A DNA stretch of 24,258 nucleotides from Campylobacterota bacterium (lineage in GTDB: Bacteria > Campylobacterota > Campylobacteria > Campylobacterales > Sulfurimonadaceae): assembly GCA_034661055.1 (NCBI GenBank), contig JAYEKO010000013.1:1-24258 (forward strand), given 5' to 3'. Both the position numbers and the translations under genes were made by a program. The notes beneath the pieces were generated by a model. It saw only the letters and a program-made list of their open reading frames with translations, had not been told where the DNA came from and made no database searches. Positions 9,087 to 17,576 of the stretch are shown here, piece after piece (the first letter of the stretch is position 1; each line of letters starts with the position of its first letter).

Positions 9087-9214
9087 AAACCCTAAATAGC
9101 CTCAGAGGAAAAAAGAGACGTAAGATTGTGCAAAACTTTTTATGAGTCATAGCCAAAGCTACGACGAGTAAAAATTTTGTGCAAGGCTATGTCTCTTTTT
9201 TCCTCCCGTAGGGC
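9069..9214 (+). mobile_element. MITE/ERIC-like long palindromic element, apparently lacking its right terminal repeat
   Basis: Terminal segment GGGCACCTCTAAAAACCCTAAATA (9075-9098); perfect 15-bp inverted repeat 9105-9119/9191-9205; nested arms 9126-9135/9175-9184 (with G-T pairs), 9137-9142/9169-9174 and 9146-9153/9158-9165; outer GCC/GGC at 9099-9101/9212-9214. No coding capacity. Confidence 0.65.
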
Positions 9215-9796
9215 TTAAACCGTAGCTGGATTCATAAACGCTTTTTTAGCTTTTAAATTTTTAAATAGATTGGAGTCCTTCCAATCTGCCTTTACTGCTT
9301 CAGAAAAGACAATATCTTCTAAATTAATAGCTCCCATCACTTCTGAGTAGGCATCTTCTCTAAATCCTTGGGCATATCCCGTTGCTGTTTCATGAACGAT
9401 GACACTATTGAGTCGTACCTCTTTCTCGCCATTAATACATGTAGTTAATTGGAGCAGAGAGTCGAGCATTAAGAAGATAACACGGCTAAACTGCTCAGCT
9501 GACGGAGAGACGGGCAAAATAACATAGCGATCGGAGTGACGTAGCATGTCTTCTAAATAGACTTTGTCATCACCACTCCATAAGGTAATTGCATGGTCGA
9601 AACTGTCAATGAGATCTTTCATGTTCTGCTTCATCAGACCAAAGTCATACACCATCTGTCCATGGTCTAAAAAATTGGATTCAAAAAGTATTTCGACTCT
9701 ATATGAGTGACCATGCAGAGATGCTCTGCAACGCTCAGAGCTGCATCCTCTTACAATGTGGGCATTTTCAAATTTAAATTGTTTTCTAATTATCAT
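9215..9796 (-). CDS. queD: 6-carboxy-5,6,7,8-tetrahydropterin synthase (queuosine biosynthesis)
   Basis: FKFENAH, CRASLHGHSY, MVYDFG, FDH, PSAE and VHET motifs; abuts queE. Confidence 0.9.
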   Translation of the reverse strand: MIIRKQFKFENAHIVRGCSSERCRASLHGHSYRVEILFESNFLDHGQMVYDFGLMKQNMKDLIDSFDHAITLWSGDDKVYLEDMLRHSDRYVILPVSPSAEQFSRVIFLMLDSLLQLTTCINGEKEVRLNSVIVHETATGYAQGFREDAYSEVMGAINLEDIVFSEAVKADWKDSNLFKNLKAKKAFMNPATV

Positions 9797-10555
9797 CTAC
9801 ACCCCTTTATTTTGATCCCAAATACGGATATGTAATCTATCACTATATCGAAAACCTTTCTCTTTACAGTACTCAATAACTGCTTTTGTATTAGCTTCTA
9901 CCTCTTCTTTAGAGCCGCCTTTTGGCATACATGTAATTTCTGTCTTATGCACTAGAGATAAAATAGAGTCAATTTCATCATCTAATCCCCCATTTAAACT
10001 CGCTTCATCAACAGTAAATTTAAAAAATGTCTCATCAGCACTCTCTATTATTGAGTTAATAATTTTAGGTTGCACCCGCTTATGATACGGCTCACCACTA
10101 TTTGAAAGTTTAACTGAAAGTGCATAAATTGCCGACTTATAGACTGGAAATTTATCGAAGTCCACAGCAACTGCACTATTGGTTTCAAATGTTACTCTGT
10201 GATGCTGTGACACGAGATACTCTAAAAAAGCAATTAAAATAGGATTAGAAGCATGTAAAAGCGGCTCTCCACCTGTAAAAACAATATCGACATCACTAGG
10301 CAGTCTATAGTTCTTAAATATAGCTATAAGCTCATCTGCAGACTCAATATTATTCCAACTTTGACCAAAGGCTTTTTTATCTACAGCATACAGAGTGTCA
10401 CAGCCTACAAGCTCTTCTCCTGTTGGTGATGTTTCAACACAACCAAAACCCTCACAACGCATATTACAACCACCAAGTCGAAAAAAGAGTGAAGGAACTC
10501 CTGTGTACTTACCCTCACCTTGAATAGAGAAAAAATGTTCAACTAAGCTTAGCAC
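9797..10555 (-). CDS. queE: 7-carboxy-7-deazaguanine synthase (radical SAM)
   Basis: EHFFSIQGEGKYTG, FFRLGGCNMRC...GCDT, FTGGEPL, FETN and RLHIRIW motifs; GTG start; between moaA and queD. Confidence 0.92.
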   Translation of the reverse strand: MLSLVEHFFSIQGEGKYTGVPSLFFRLGGCNMRCEGFGCVETSPTGEELVGCDTLYAVDKKAFGQSWNNIESADELIAIFKNYRLPSDVDIVFTGGEPLLHASNPILIAFLEYLVSQHHRVTFETNSAVAVDFDKFPVYKSAIYALSVKLSNSGEPYHKRVQPKIINSIIESADETFFKFTVDEASLNGGLDDEIDSILSLVHKTEITCMPKGGSKEEVEANTKAVIEYCKEKGFRYSDRLHIRIWDQNKGV

Positions 10556-11521
10556 TCAGCCACCTGTCTCATAAAAGGCACGTTTAGAGAGTTCGCCATC
10601 TTCATCTCCCCAGCGATTTTTTTCTGGTTTAGTATGAACCACATCTTTTAAAATTGCTGCTGCTTTTTTTATATTTCCCTGCGCTATAGCATCTTTAATA
10701 CTTATTGCCTCATCAAAATAAAGACATGGAATTAAAAGTCCCTCTGCGGTGAGACGAATACGATTACATGTAGAACAGAAATCATCTTTATGCGGTTCAA
10801 TAATTCCAAATTCATAGCCATCATCTAATTTGTAATAATGTGACGGAGAGTGACCATCAAAACCTTCATCTTCAAAATTGTAGCGCTCGCCAATAATAGA
10901 GAGGAGCTCTTCGCTATTCATTCCTTTGATGTCAACCATAGCATGAACATTTTCCATGTACTCTATATAACGCACTGGCATCTTACGCTCTTTAGAGTAC
11001 TCTAAAACGTCAAGAATCTCACTCTCATTAAGTCCTTTCATGGGTACCATGTTAATTTTTACTTTTAACCCCACTTTTAGTGCTTCATTCACGCCTTCTA
11101 GTACACTTGCAAGAACATCTTTTTGCGCAATTTTAAGTGCTACGTCAGGCTTTAACGTATCAATGGAGACATTAATACGTTTAAGACCAGCATCTTTGAG
11201 TTTTTGAGCACTCTGTTTGAGTAAAAATGCGTTAGAGGTCATGGCCAAGTCAATCTCAGAATCATAGTCATAAATCATATTAATAAACTTATCTAGGTCT
11301 TCACGAAGCAGTGGCTCACCGCCTGTAATACGAACTTTTCTAATTCCCTCATCAATACAAACTTTTACAAAAGCAAAAAGATTTTCAAAGCTTAAAATAT
11401 TCTCTTTAGGTACCCATGAAAACGGTTTTTCAGGCATACAGTACTGACATCGAAAGTTACAGCGTTCTGTTACTGAAATGCGGAGGTAATCTACTTTACG
11501 ATCAAAACTATCTATTAGCAA
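10556..11521 (-). CDS. moaA: GTP 3',8-cyclase (molybdenum cofactor biosynthesis)
   Basis: [18 protein letters not shown]-terminal [20 protein letters not shown], terminal GG; TTG start with SD AAGGA. Confidence 0.97.
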   Translation of the reverse strand: MLIDSFDRKVDYLRISVTERCNFRCQYCMPEKPFSWVPKENILSFENLFAFVKVCIDEGIRKVRITGGEPLLREDLDKFINMIYDYDSEIDLAMTSNAFLLKQSAQKLKDAGLKRINVSIDTLKPDVALKIAQKDVLASVLEGVNEALKVGLKVKINMVPMKGLNESEILDVLEYSKERKMPVRYIEYMENVHAMVDIKGMNSEELLSIIGERYNFEDEGFDGHSPSHYYKLDDGYEFGIIEPHKDDFCSTCNRIRLTAEGLLIPCLYFDEAISIKDAIAQGNIKKAAAILKDVVHTKPEKNRWGDEDGELSKRAFYETGG

Positions 11522-11550
11522 GATACGTCCTTCAATATAATTAATAAGGC

Positions 11551-11559
11551 ATTATAGCA
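11551..11559 (-). promoter_or_regulatory. Extended -10 promoter (TGCTATAAT) of the moaA-queE-queD operon
   Basis: Perfect TGnTATAAT about 30 nt upstream of the moaA start. Confidence 0.65.
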
Positions 11560-11607
11560 GTACGATGTTATAAGAAGATTAGAAAAAGTGCTTTTCATAA
11601 TTTAAGT

Positions 11608-12801
11608 CTAATACAAAAAGCCAAATAGCCAAAGTGGAATACTGTTTTTAAACCCTATTTCAATATCATCTTTTACTAGGTAGCTATTTTCAACATCTTT
11701 TATCTGATCGAAACTTTTGTTTTTACCACCTATCTCAAATATGTATTTGTCATCTACTAAAAAGTCACCTTGTTTAGGATATGCTACTTCATAACTTTGA
11801 CTTAACATATTTAAAAAAAACTGCTCCCTTAGGGTTCCTACTTCATTAGATTGACAATAACTAAAACTTAAATTTGGATTGTTAAGATATAGCTTTTGAG
11901 GTTTTGAAAAAATGTTATCACCTTTTGTTTTTGCTCTAATACTTGTAAAAATATTTCCCATAGTTAAATAGTATATATACTGATAAAGTGTATTTCTATT
12001 AATACCTATTTTTTTAGATAAACTTGTAATATTTAGCTCATAAGGTTTTGCAGAACCTATAAGATTTACTAGCTGTTTTAGTTTTTGGATATTTTGAGAT
12101 TCTATATTAAAAATAATTGGTAAGTCGCTCTCAATTACGGTATTTACTGTCTCTTCGAGTTTAATACTGTATGTTTTACTATTTTCAAAATAGTATGGAA
12201 AATAACCATATTGTAAATACTCTTTTAAATATTCAAATGGCTTAACTTTGTCAGTAATATCACTTGCAATCTCTATGTGATCTTTAAGTATCTCTTGGAG
12301 TGAATAAGCTTTAAAACTAATATTAAGTTTTAGTTCTAAGAATTCTCGAAATGATAATCCACTTACTCTGTAAAGCAGTGCTCTTCTACTTAGGTCTGCT
12401 TTTTTATGTTCGAGTTGCAGAGCACTTGAGCCACTAAAAATGACTTTTAAATCTAGAAAATCATATATCTCTTTTAACTCTTTCTCAAAATTTCTGTATT
12501 TATGTATTTCATCTATTGCAAGTACCACTCCACCACTTTTTGAAAATTTATCTGCAATATCATAAAGAGATGATGAACTTGTAATAATACTATCTGCACT
12601 AAAATAGAGTTTTTTATTTTTTGGTATATCTAATGAGTTAAGATACTGTATGATAACGGTAGTTTTACCCACACCTCTGCTGCCTAATATTCCAATCATC
12701 TTATCTGTAAAATCAACTGTGTAGTAAAAATATCTTTTGTAGATATAGTTTTGAAGTTTTAATATTTGGTTTGATTTTTCAAAAAGCTTATCTAGCATCA
12801 T
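11608..12801 (-). CDS. AAA+ superfamily ATPase (AAA_14 + DUF4143-like), function unknown
   Basis: Walker A GSRGVGKTT, Walker B LAIDEIHK, FSGSS, GLSFREF, YGYFP, KLYLNN and C-terminal DF..(x)..EIGGK; visibly more AT-rich than the flanking genes. Start may be 12798. Confidence 0.88.
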   Translation of the reverse strand: MMLDKLFEKSNQILKLQNYIYKRYFYYTVDFTDKMIGILGSRGVGKTTVIIQYLNSLDIPKNKKLYFSADSIITSSSSLYDIADKFSKSGGVVLAIDEIHKYRNFEKELKEIYDFLDLKVIFSGSSALQLEHKKADLSRRALLYRVSGLSFREFLELKLNISFKAYSLQEILKDHIEIASDITDKVKPFEYLKEYLQYGYFPYYFENSKTYSIKLEETVNTVIESDLPIIFNIESQNIQKLKQLVNLIGSAKPYELNITSLSKKIGINRNTLYQYIYYLTMGNIFTSIRAKTKGDNIFSKPQKLYLNNPNLSFSYCQSNEVGTLREQFFLNMLSQSYEVAYPKQGDFLVDDKYIFEIGGKNKSFDQIKDVENSYLVKDDIEIGFKNSIPLWLFGFLY

Positions 12802-12908
12802 TTACCTTATGTATTTTGCATTAAGCATAAATATATCATAATGTAGTTTTAATTATACTAAAATTTAATTGATTAGAAATAATATAGATATTAGAAGTTT
12901 GAGTAAAA

Positions 12909-12934
12909 TTACAAAGAGGATATCCTCTTTGTAA
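12909..12934 (-). terminator. Intrinsic terminator of the porin gene
   Basis: Perfect 26-bp palindrome TTACAAAGAGGATATCCTCTTTGTAA 16 nt past the porin stop, followed by TTTT on the minus strand. Confidence 0.75.
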
Positions 12935-12950
12935 AAAAGCCAATGACGAC

Positions 12951-14117
12951 TTAGAAGTTGTAACGAGTCCAGAAACGGATGATATCACTATCAGGAACAT
13001 TATCATCACCACCACGCATAACGTATGCAGCTAACATGTTCATTTCAAGAGCTTTGAATTTATAGATTACATCTAGTTCGTTGTAATCATTCTCAGCACC
13101 ACCACGACTTGACATACCATACTGAGCAATTAATTTACCAGTACCTAAACCTAGAGCAGCTTTAGCAACAAATGTTGAAGAGTCATTAGAGATAAACCCT
13201 TGGTTAGCAACCATTTGTGTATAAAGTGGAGTTTTTACACCTGTACCAACATTTTGAATGTTTGCAGTACCATCATCTACATCAGTATATGCTAGTGAAG
13301 CAGCAACTGGCCCTAGGTTCATTCCAGCTTTTGCACCAAATGCTACTGTATCTTCAGTACCATCGATATCTGGCATAATTGTACCAGCTTGAACAGCAAG
13401 ACTTACAACAGGAACAGCAATTTGAGCATCTAGCCATAATGCAGAAGCATCACCAAGACCGCCCACTTCATCTAAGTAGTAGTAAGAAGCAGTTAAGCTA
13501 GTTGCTGGAATAAGCTTAGTAGCAGCAGTTAGCATGTATGCACCATTTTGTACATCTAGAGCACCTAATTGAGTAGAAGCAGCTAAATCATTAAAGTTGC
13601 TTAAGTCTCCATGGTTATTTGAAGCAGAAACATAAGCACCAACTAAAGTAGTCTCTGGAAGGTCACTATTGATTGCAACAACTGCATCAAAAGTATTTTT
13701 AAATACATTCCATCCCTCTGAGAATGCTAATGGAGAAAGTGATTTAGGAAGCTCTTGACGACCTACTTTAATTAAAGTGTTACCAGCTTTTTTAGTTAAG
13801 TAAACTTTAGTTAATGCGCCACCATTTAAGTTTCCATTACCTGTTTGCATAATGTTGCTAACAAGGTTCTTTTCTAAACCTAATGTACCTAGCATTGAGT
13901 ACTGACCACCAGCACCAAAACCGTTACCTAAATCAGCGTCTAAGTTAAGTTGTAAACCAACATTTGCATTTGAACTGTCTTGGTGAAAGAAATCTACACT
14001 ATCATTTGTTTGATAATAAACTACTGCTTGACCACCAACATTTACATCTACATCTGCAGTTGCTACTGCACCAGTTACAAGTGACGCTGCCGCCATCGAA
14101 AGAATTAATTTTTTCAT
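12951..14117 (-). CDS. Major outer membrane porin (Campylobacterota MOMP/OprD-like beta-barrel)
   Basis: Signal peptide MKKLILSMAAASLVTGAVATA; amphipathic beta-strands; family motif KVGRQEL...PL; C-terminal RYNF Bam signal; strong SD AGGAG and strongly biased codon usage. Confidence 0.88.
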   Translation of the reverse strand: MKKLILSMAAASLVTGAVATADVDVNVGGQAVVYYQTNDSVDFFHQDSSNANVGLQLNLDADLGNGFGAGGQYSMLGTLGLEKNLVSNIMQTGNGNLNGGALTKVYLTKKAGNTLIKVGRQELPKSLSPLAFSEGWNVFKNTFDAVVAINSDLPETTLVGAYVSASNNHGDLSNFNDLAASTQLGALDVQNGAYMLTAATKLIPATSLTASYYYLDEVGGLGDASALWLDAQIAVPVVSLAVQAGTIMPDIDGTEDTVAFGAKAGMNLGPVAASLAYTDVDDGTANIQNVGTGVKTPLYTQMVANQGFISNDSSTFVAKAALGLGTGKLIAQYGMSSRGGAENDYNELDVIYKFKALEMNMLAAYVMRGGDDNVPDSDIIRFWTRYNF

Positions 14118-14253
14118 TTACACTCCTGTTTTTGTTTTTATAAAGACCCGTGTCTGTTTAATACTTAAAGATTGTTATTAAGTACCAACCATAAAACTTA
14201 TGCTTTATGTCACCCCCAAACGCGGTGCTCTATAAAGTCACGCTTATATTCTA
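14118..14253 (-). promoter_or_regulatory. Porin promoter (-10 TAGAAT at 14248-14253) and long structured 5' UTR
   Basis: Stems CTTTAT/ATAAAG plus CACC/GGTG (14203-14237), TACTTAA/TTAAGTA (14162-14184) and AGAC/GTCT (14144-14155). Confidence 0.45.
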
Positions 14254-14410
14254 TATAAAGTTTTTTTAATTTACTATTAACTTTTCATTAAATATTGAAA
14301 TATAGTCACTCTTTTACACACTATTGGCGTTTTTTGGGCTTTTTATCACAGTTTTGTTACAGAAAAGTTAGGTTTTTTAGAAATAGCATTCGTAGTTTTT
14401 ATAGTGGAGA

Positions 14411-14434
14411 TGAGAAATGCCTAAGCATTTCTCA
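14411..14434 (-). terminator. Hairpin downstream of the cytochrome c gene (probable terminator)
   Basis: 10-bp inverted repeat TGAGAAATGC-ctaa-GCATTTCTCA 12 nt past the stop; the U-tract is weak. Confidence 0.55.
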
Positions 14435-14446
14435 GTAAGTAAGTCA

Positions 14447-14842
14447 TTACCAGCCGCGAACTACTGCATGACATGAGCCACACGCGCTGATGATATTTGA
14501 AAAAGAGCTTTGTGCTTTATTCATCTCTTTAGCATCTATATATAAAAGCATCTCATCTGTTGCATTGTTAATTCGTTTTGCTGCATTGAATGCAACATTA
14601 CTCATATGACTTTTATTACTAGGAAGATATTTTTTAGTATCTTCTGGATTATGAAAAATTTTGTTTGCTGCTTTAATTTGAGTAGCTCCCGCTTTAATCA
14701 TCTCAATACTGTTATACAAAAATCCTTTTTGAATATTTGTCAAACCTGTTTCACTCTGTGTCATATTAGTTGAAAGTACATCTTGCGACATACCAGCTAC
14801 AGACATCAAAGCTACTAATGTCATAGTTTTTATTAATTTCAC
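14447..14842 (-). CDS. Periplasmic monoheme class II cytochrome c (cytochrome c'-like four-helix bundle)
   Basis: Signal peptide, helical body and a single CGSCH motif near the C-terminus; GTG start with SD AAGGAG. Confidence 0.82.
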   Translation of the reverse strand: MKLIKTMTLVALMSVAGMSQDVLSTNMTQSETGLTNIQKGFLYNSIEMIKAGATQIKAANKIFHNPEDTKKYLPSNKSHMSNVAFNAAKRINNATDEMLLYIDAKEMNKAQSSFSNIISACGSCHAVVRGW

Positions 14843-14861
14843 TATTGCTCCTTAAAATAAG

Positions 14862-14887
14862 AGAAGTACACTATTTAGTGTACTTCT
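14862..14887 (-). terminator. Hairpin overlapping the petC stop codon (terminator or mRNA stabiliser)
   Basis: Perfect 12-bp inverted repeat AGAAGTACACTA/TAGTGTACTTCT, followed on the minus strand by CTTATTTT. Confidence 0.6.
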
Positions 14888-15762
14888 TTCCAAATCTGTT
14901 TTTTCCAAGCTAATGCTAGAAGTGCGAACACTAACATGTAAAGCATTACTTTCCATCCTAGAGAATCACGATCAGGTTTTTTAGCATCACCGATCTCCTC
15001 CATATAATCAATAACATCAATTTGTGCTTTTTTAGTCAGACCAACACGAGGCATTGATGTACCGTGAAGCAGTATTTGAGGATTATTAATAAAATTCTCT
15101 AAGTAGTGACGACCACGACTTTTGATGTACTGAGAAAGATCTGGAGCACTTGCTCCCATGTAAGCTTTAAGCGTATCTGGTGGAGTCAATGCATCAATTC
15201 CTGCATAACCCATTGAGTGACAACGTCCACAAGCATCTTTAAACACTGCTTTATGTTGTGCTTTTGCATCACCTTCAACTTTAACTTTACTTGCAGCATC
15301 TTGCAGATATGCAACCATATCCATAATCTCTTGAGCACTCATCCAGTTATATGCCGGCATTGGGTGCATTTTACCACTCTCAGGTGTATATTTATGACCT
15401 AAGTTTGACGCAGTTGCTGGGTCAAAAATAAAGTTAGCTAAATAGTTAGTTTCATAAATCTTACCAGAAGTACTAATGTCTGGTGGAACCACACCGTATG
15501 CCGCTGCTGAATCAGCATCTGGCATAAGCTTAGGAAAACCTTCTGACTCCATAGAGTGACACGCTGTACAGTTAGCTGCAACTAGATCTTTACCGTTTGC
15601 TACATCACCCTTAAGTGAAGTATCCACATTTTTTAGATCACTAAATTTGTAATCTGCCGGTGCCGGTTCAGGGTGCATAACATGGTGAGCATACGGCTCA
15701 ATACCGTAATACATCACAAGCACTAGTGCAACAATAGTTCCTAATACTTTAAACTCTTTCAT
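14875..15762 (-). CDS. petC: Cytochrome bc complex diheme cytochrome c subunit
   Basis: Two heme motifs (CTACH, CGRCH), PPDIS/APDLS and MP motifs, N- and C-terminal TM anchors; 1-bp overlap with petB. Confidence 0.93.
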   Translation of the reverse strand: MKEFKVLGTIVALVLVMYYGIEPYAHHVMHPEPAPADYKFSDLKNVDTSLKGDVANGKDLVAANCTACHSMESEGFPKLMPDADSAAAYGVVPPDISTSGKIYETNYLANFIFDPATASNLGHKYTPESGKMHPMPAYNWMSAQEIMDMVAYLQDAASKVKVEGDAKAQHKAVFKDACGRCHSMGYAGIDALTPPDTLKAYMGASAPDLSQYIKSRGRHYLENFINNPQILLHGTSMPRVGLTKKAQIDVIDYMEEIGDAKKPDRDSLGWKVMLYMLVFALLALAWKKQIWKEVH

Positions 15763-17012
15763 TATTTACCCCCTACTTTTTTTGCTTCCATTTTAGTAAT
15801 AATTGGAAGTGCTGCAAACAGCATTAAGAATGTCATTGAAGAGTAGAAACCTACCCATGCATTCACACCAGTTGGCGGTAATTTACCGTAAACCGTTAGA
15901 ACAATTAAATCTGCAATCAATAACCAGAACCAATACTTAAAGTATGGACGCTGATTTGCCGGTTTTACCATTGGAGAACGGTCTAACCAAGGAAATACAA
16001 AGAAGATACCATTTGCAATTGCGAATGCAATAAGACCTAATGATTTACCAGAGATTCCTGCAATATCAAAGAAGAAACCACGAAGTACTTCATAAGACCA
16101 TAGGAAATACCACTCAGGGTAGATATGTGCTGGAGTCTTAAGACCATCTGCTTTGTCAAAGTTAATCGCATCCATTGCAAAACCATAGTGGTAGAACGAT
16201 AGATAGAAGAAGAAAATCATAAAGAAACCAACAACCATAAAGTCTTTAGATAAAAATACTGGCCAAAAAGGTACAACTTTAGACTCTTTTTTGTTACCAG
16301 CTAAATATTTTTCAGCCTCTTCATCATAGTCAAAGAACTCACCATCTTCATTGTTAACATGTGGGAAACGTAACGCGTAAAAGTGAAATACGATTGCACC
16401 AAGAATTGCTAATGGAATTAACAATACATGTAACATGAAGAAACGTGTTAATGTCGCATCTGAAACGTAGAAGTTACCACGAATCCAAACAACAAGCTCA
16501 CTACCAATAACAGGGATACCACCAAAAATTTCAGTAATAACGTACGCTGCCCAGTAACTCATTTGACCCCATGGAAGCATGTATCCAGAGAATCCTTCTG
16601 CTGAGAACATTACAAACAGTAACATACCAGAAATCCAGATCATCTCACGACCTTTTTTGTAAGAGCCGTAGTAGATACCTGTGAACATGTGAATATAGAT
16701 AACTAAGAATACAACCGATGCACCAACTGCATGGACATGTCTCATTAGCCAACCGTAACCCACTTCTTGCATAATTGTGTAGTTTACACTGTCAAATGCT
16801 AAGTTAACATCTGGCTTGTAATACATTAGTAAGAAAATACCCGTTACTAGAAGTATTGTGAAAAGTACTGTTAAAAGTACACCCATAGCCCATAAAAAGT
16901 TAATGTTTTTCGGAATCCAATACTCCGACATCATCACTTTATAGAAATTGACTACACCAAGACGTTGGTCGAACCACTCAAGAGTTGATTCTGCTTTTTT
17001 AAATTCTGCCAT
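15762..17012 (-). CDS. petB: Cytochrome b of the bc complex
   Basis: GWLMRHVHAVGAS, GYMLPWGQMSYWA, RFFMLHVLL and PEWY motifs. Confidence 0.98.
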   Translation of the reverse strand: MAEFKKAESTLEWFDQRLGVVNFYKVMMSEYWIPKNINFLWAMGVLLTVLFTILLVTGIFLLMYYKPDVNLAFDSVNYTIMQEVGYGWLMRHVHAVGASVVFLVIYIHMFTGIYYGSYKKGREMIWISGMLLFVMFSAEGFSGYMLPWGQMSYWAAYVITEIFGGIPVIGSELVVWIRGNFYVSDATLTRFFMLHVLLIPLAILGAIVFHFYALRFPHVNNEDGEFFDYDEEAEKYLAGNKKESKVVPFWPVFLSKDFMVVGFFMIFFFYLSFYHYGFAMDAINFDKADGLKTPAHIYPEWYFLWSYEVLRGFFFDIAGISGKSLGLIAFAIANGIFFVFPWLDRSPMVKPANQRPYFKYWFWLLIADLIVLTVYGKLPPTGVNAWVGFYSSMTFLMLFAALPIITKMEAKKVGGK

Positions 17013-17022
17013 CTAACTCTCC

Positions 17023-17517
17023 TTACGCTTTTGCTGTCATTTTTTTGAACTCAGGACCTTCTTCACCTAAAACTAATGTTGTACCATTAATTTTAAACGG
17101 AGGAATATCTAGAGGACGCGGAGGAGGACCAAATGTATGAACACCATCAGCAGTAAATTCACCACCATGACATGCACATTTAAATAAAGTCCCATCATAT
17201 GCTGGAATACACCCTAAGTGTGTACATAGACCAATCATTACTGAGTAGTAACTGTCTCCAACTTTTACGTTACGGCCATCAGTTGGTTTCATGTCAGCAC
17301 TATATTTTAGTAAAAATATAGGCATCCCACGCCAAACAACGACCTCTAATTTGTTATCTGCAAGTGAAGATACATCAACGGTAGTAAAACCAGCTGATAG
17401 TACACTTGGAAGTGGATCCCAAGTCTTCTTCATTGCAACTAGTGAAGCGACTGCTCCAACACCTGCTACTGCACCGAAGGCTTTACCAATAAAGCCTCTT
17501 CTGCTCTCATTTGTCAT
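17023..17517 (-). CDS. petA: Rieske iron-sulfur subunit of the bc complex
   Basis: Tat signal SRRGFI; CTHLGC and CACHGGEF ligand boxes (Gly/Phe variant typical of menaquinol-oxidising Rieske proteins); GPPPRPL. Confidence 0.97.
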   Translation of the reverse strand: MTNESRRGFIGKAFGAVAGVGAVASLVAMKKTWDPLPSVLSAGFTTVDVSSLADNKLEVVVWRGMPIFLLKYSADMKPTDGRNVKVGDSYYSVMIGLCTHLGCIPAYDGTLFKCACHGGEFTADGVHTFGPPPRPLDIPPFKINGTTLVLGEEGPEFKKMTAKA

Positions 17518-17550
17518 ATTTTTCTCACTTACTTAGAAGTTTAACGACAA

Positions 17551-17556
17551 ATTATA
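17551..17556 (-). promoter_or_regulatory. Putative -10 box (TATAAT) of petABC
   Basis: TATAAT 33 nt upstream of the petA ATG in a 59-bp intergenic gap. Confidence 0.5.
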
Positions 17557-17576
17557 GATAAATCTCTTTTAATATT

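Noticed and set aside
9099..9214. Hairpin as an integron attC site, CRISPR repeat or Moco/preQ1 riboswitch
   Set aside because: No RYYYAAC...GTTRRRY boundaries, no spacer-separated array, and it lies at the 3' ends of two convergent genes rather than in a leader.
9215..11521. queD-queE as part of a 7-deazaguanine DNA-modification (dpd) island
   Set aside because: They are in a housekeeping operon with moaA; no dpdA/tgt-like or other dpd genes are in the window.
14875..15762. Diheme cytochrome in place of cytochrome c1 as a novelty
   Set aside because: A diheme PetC is the established norm in Campylobacterota bc complexes.
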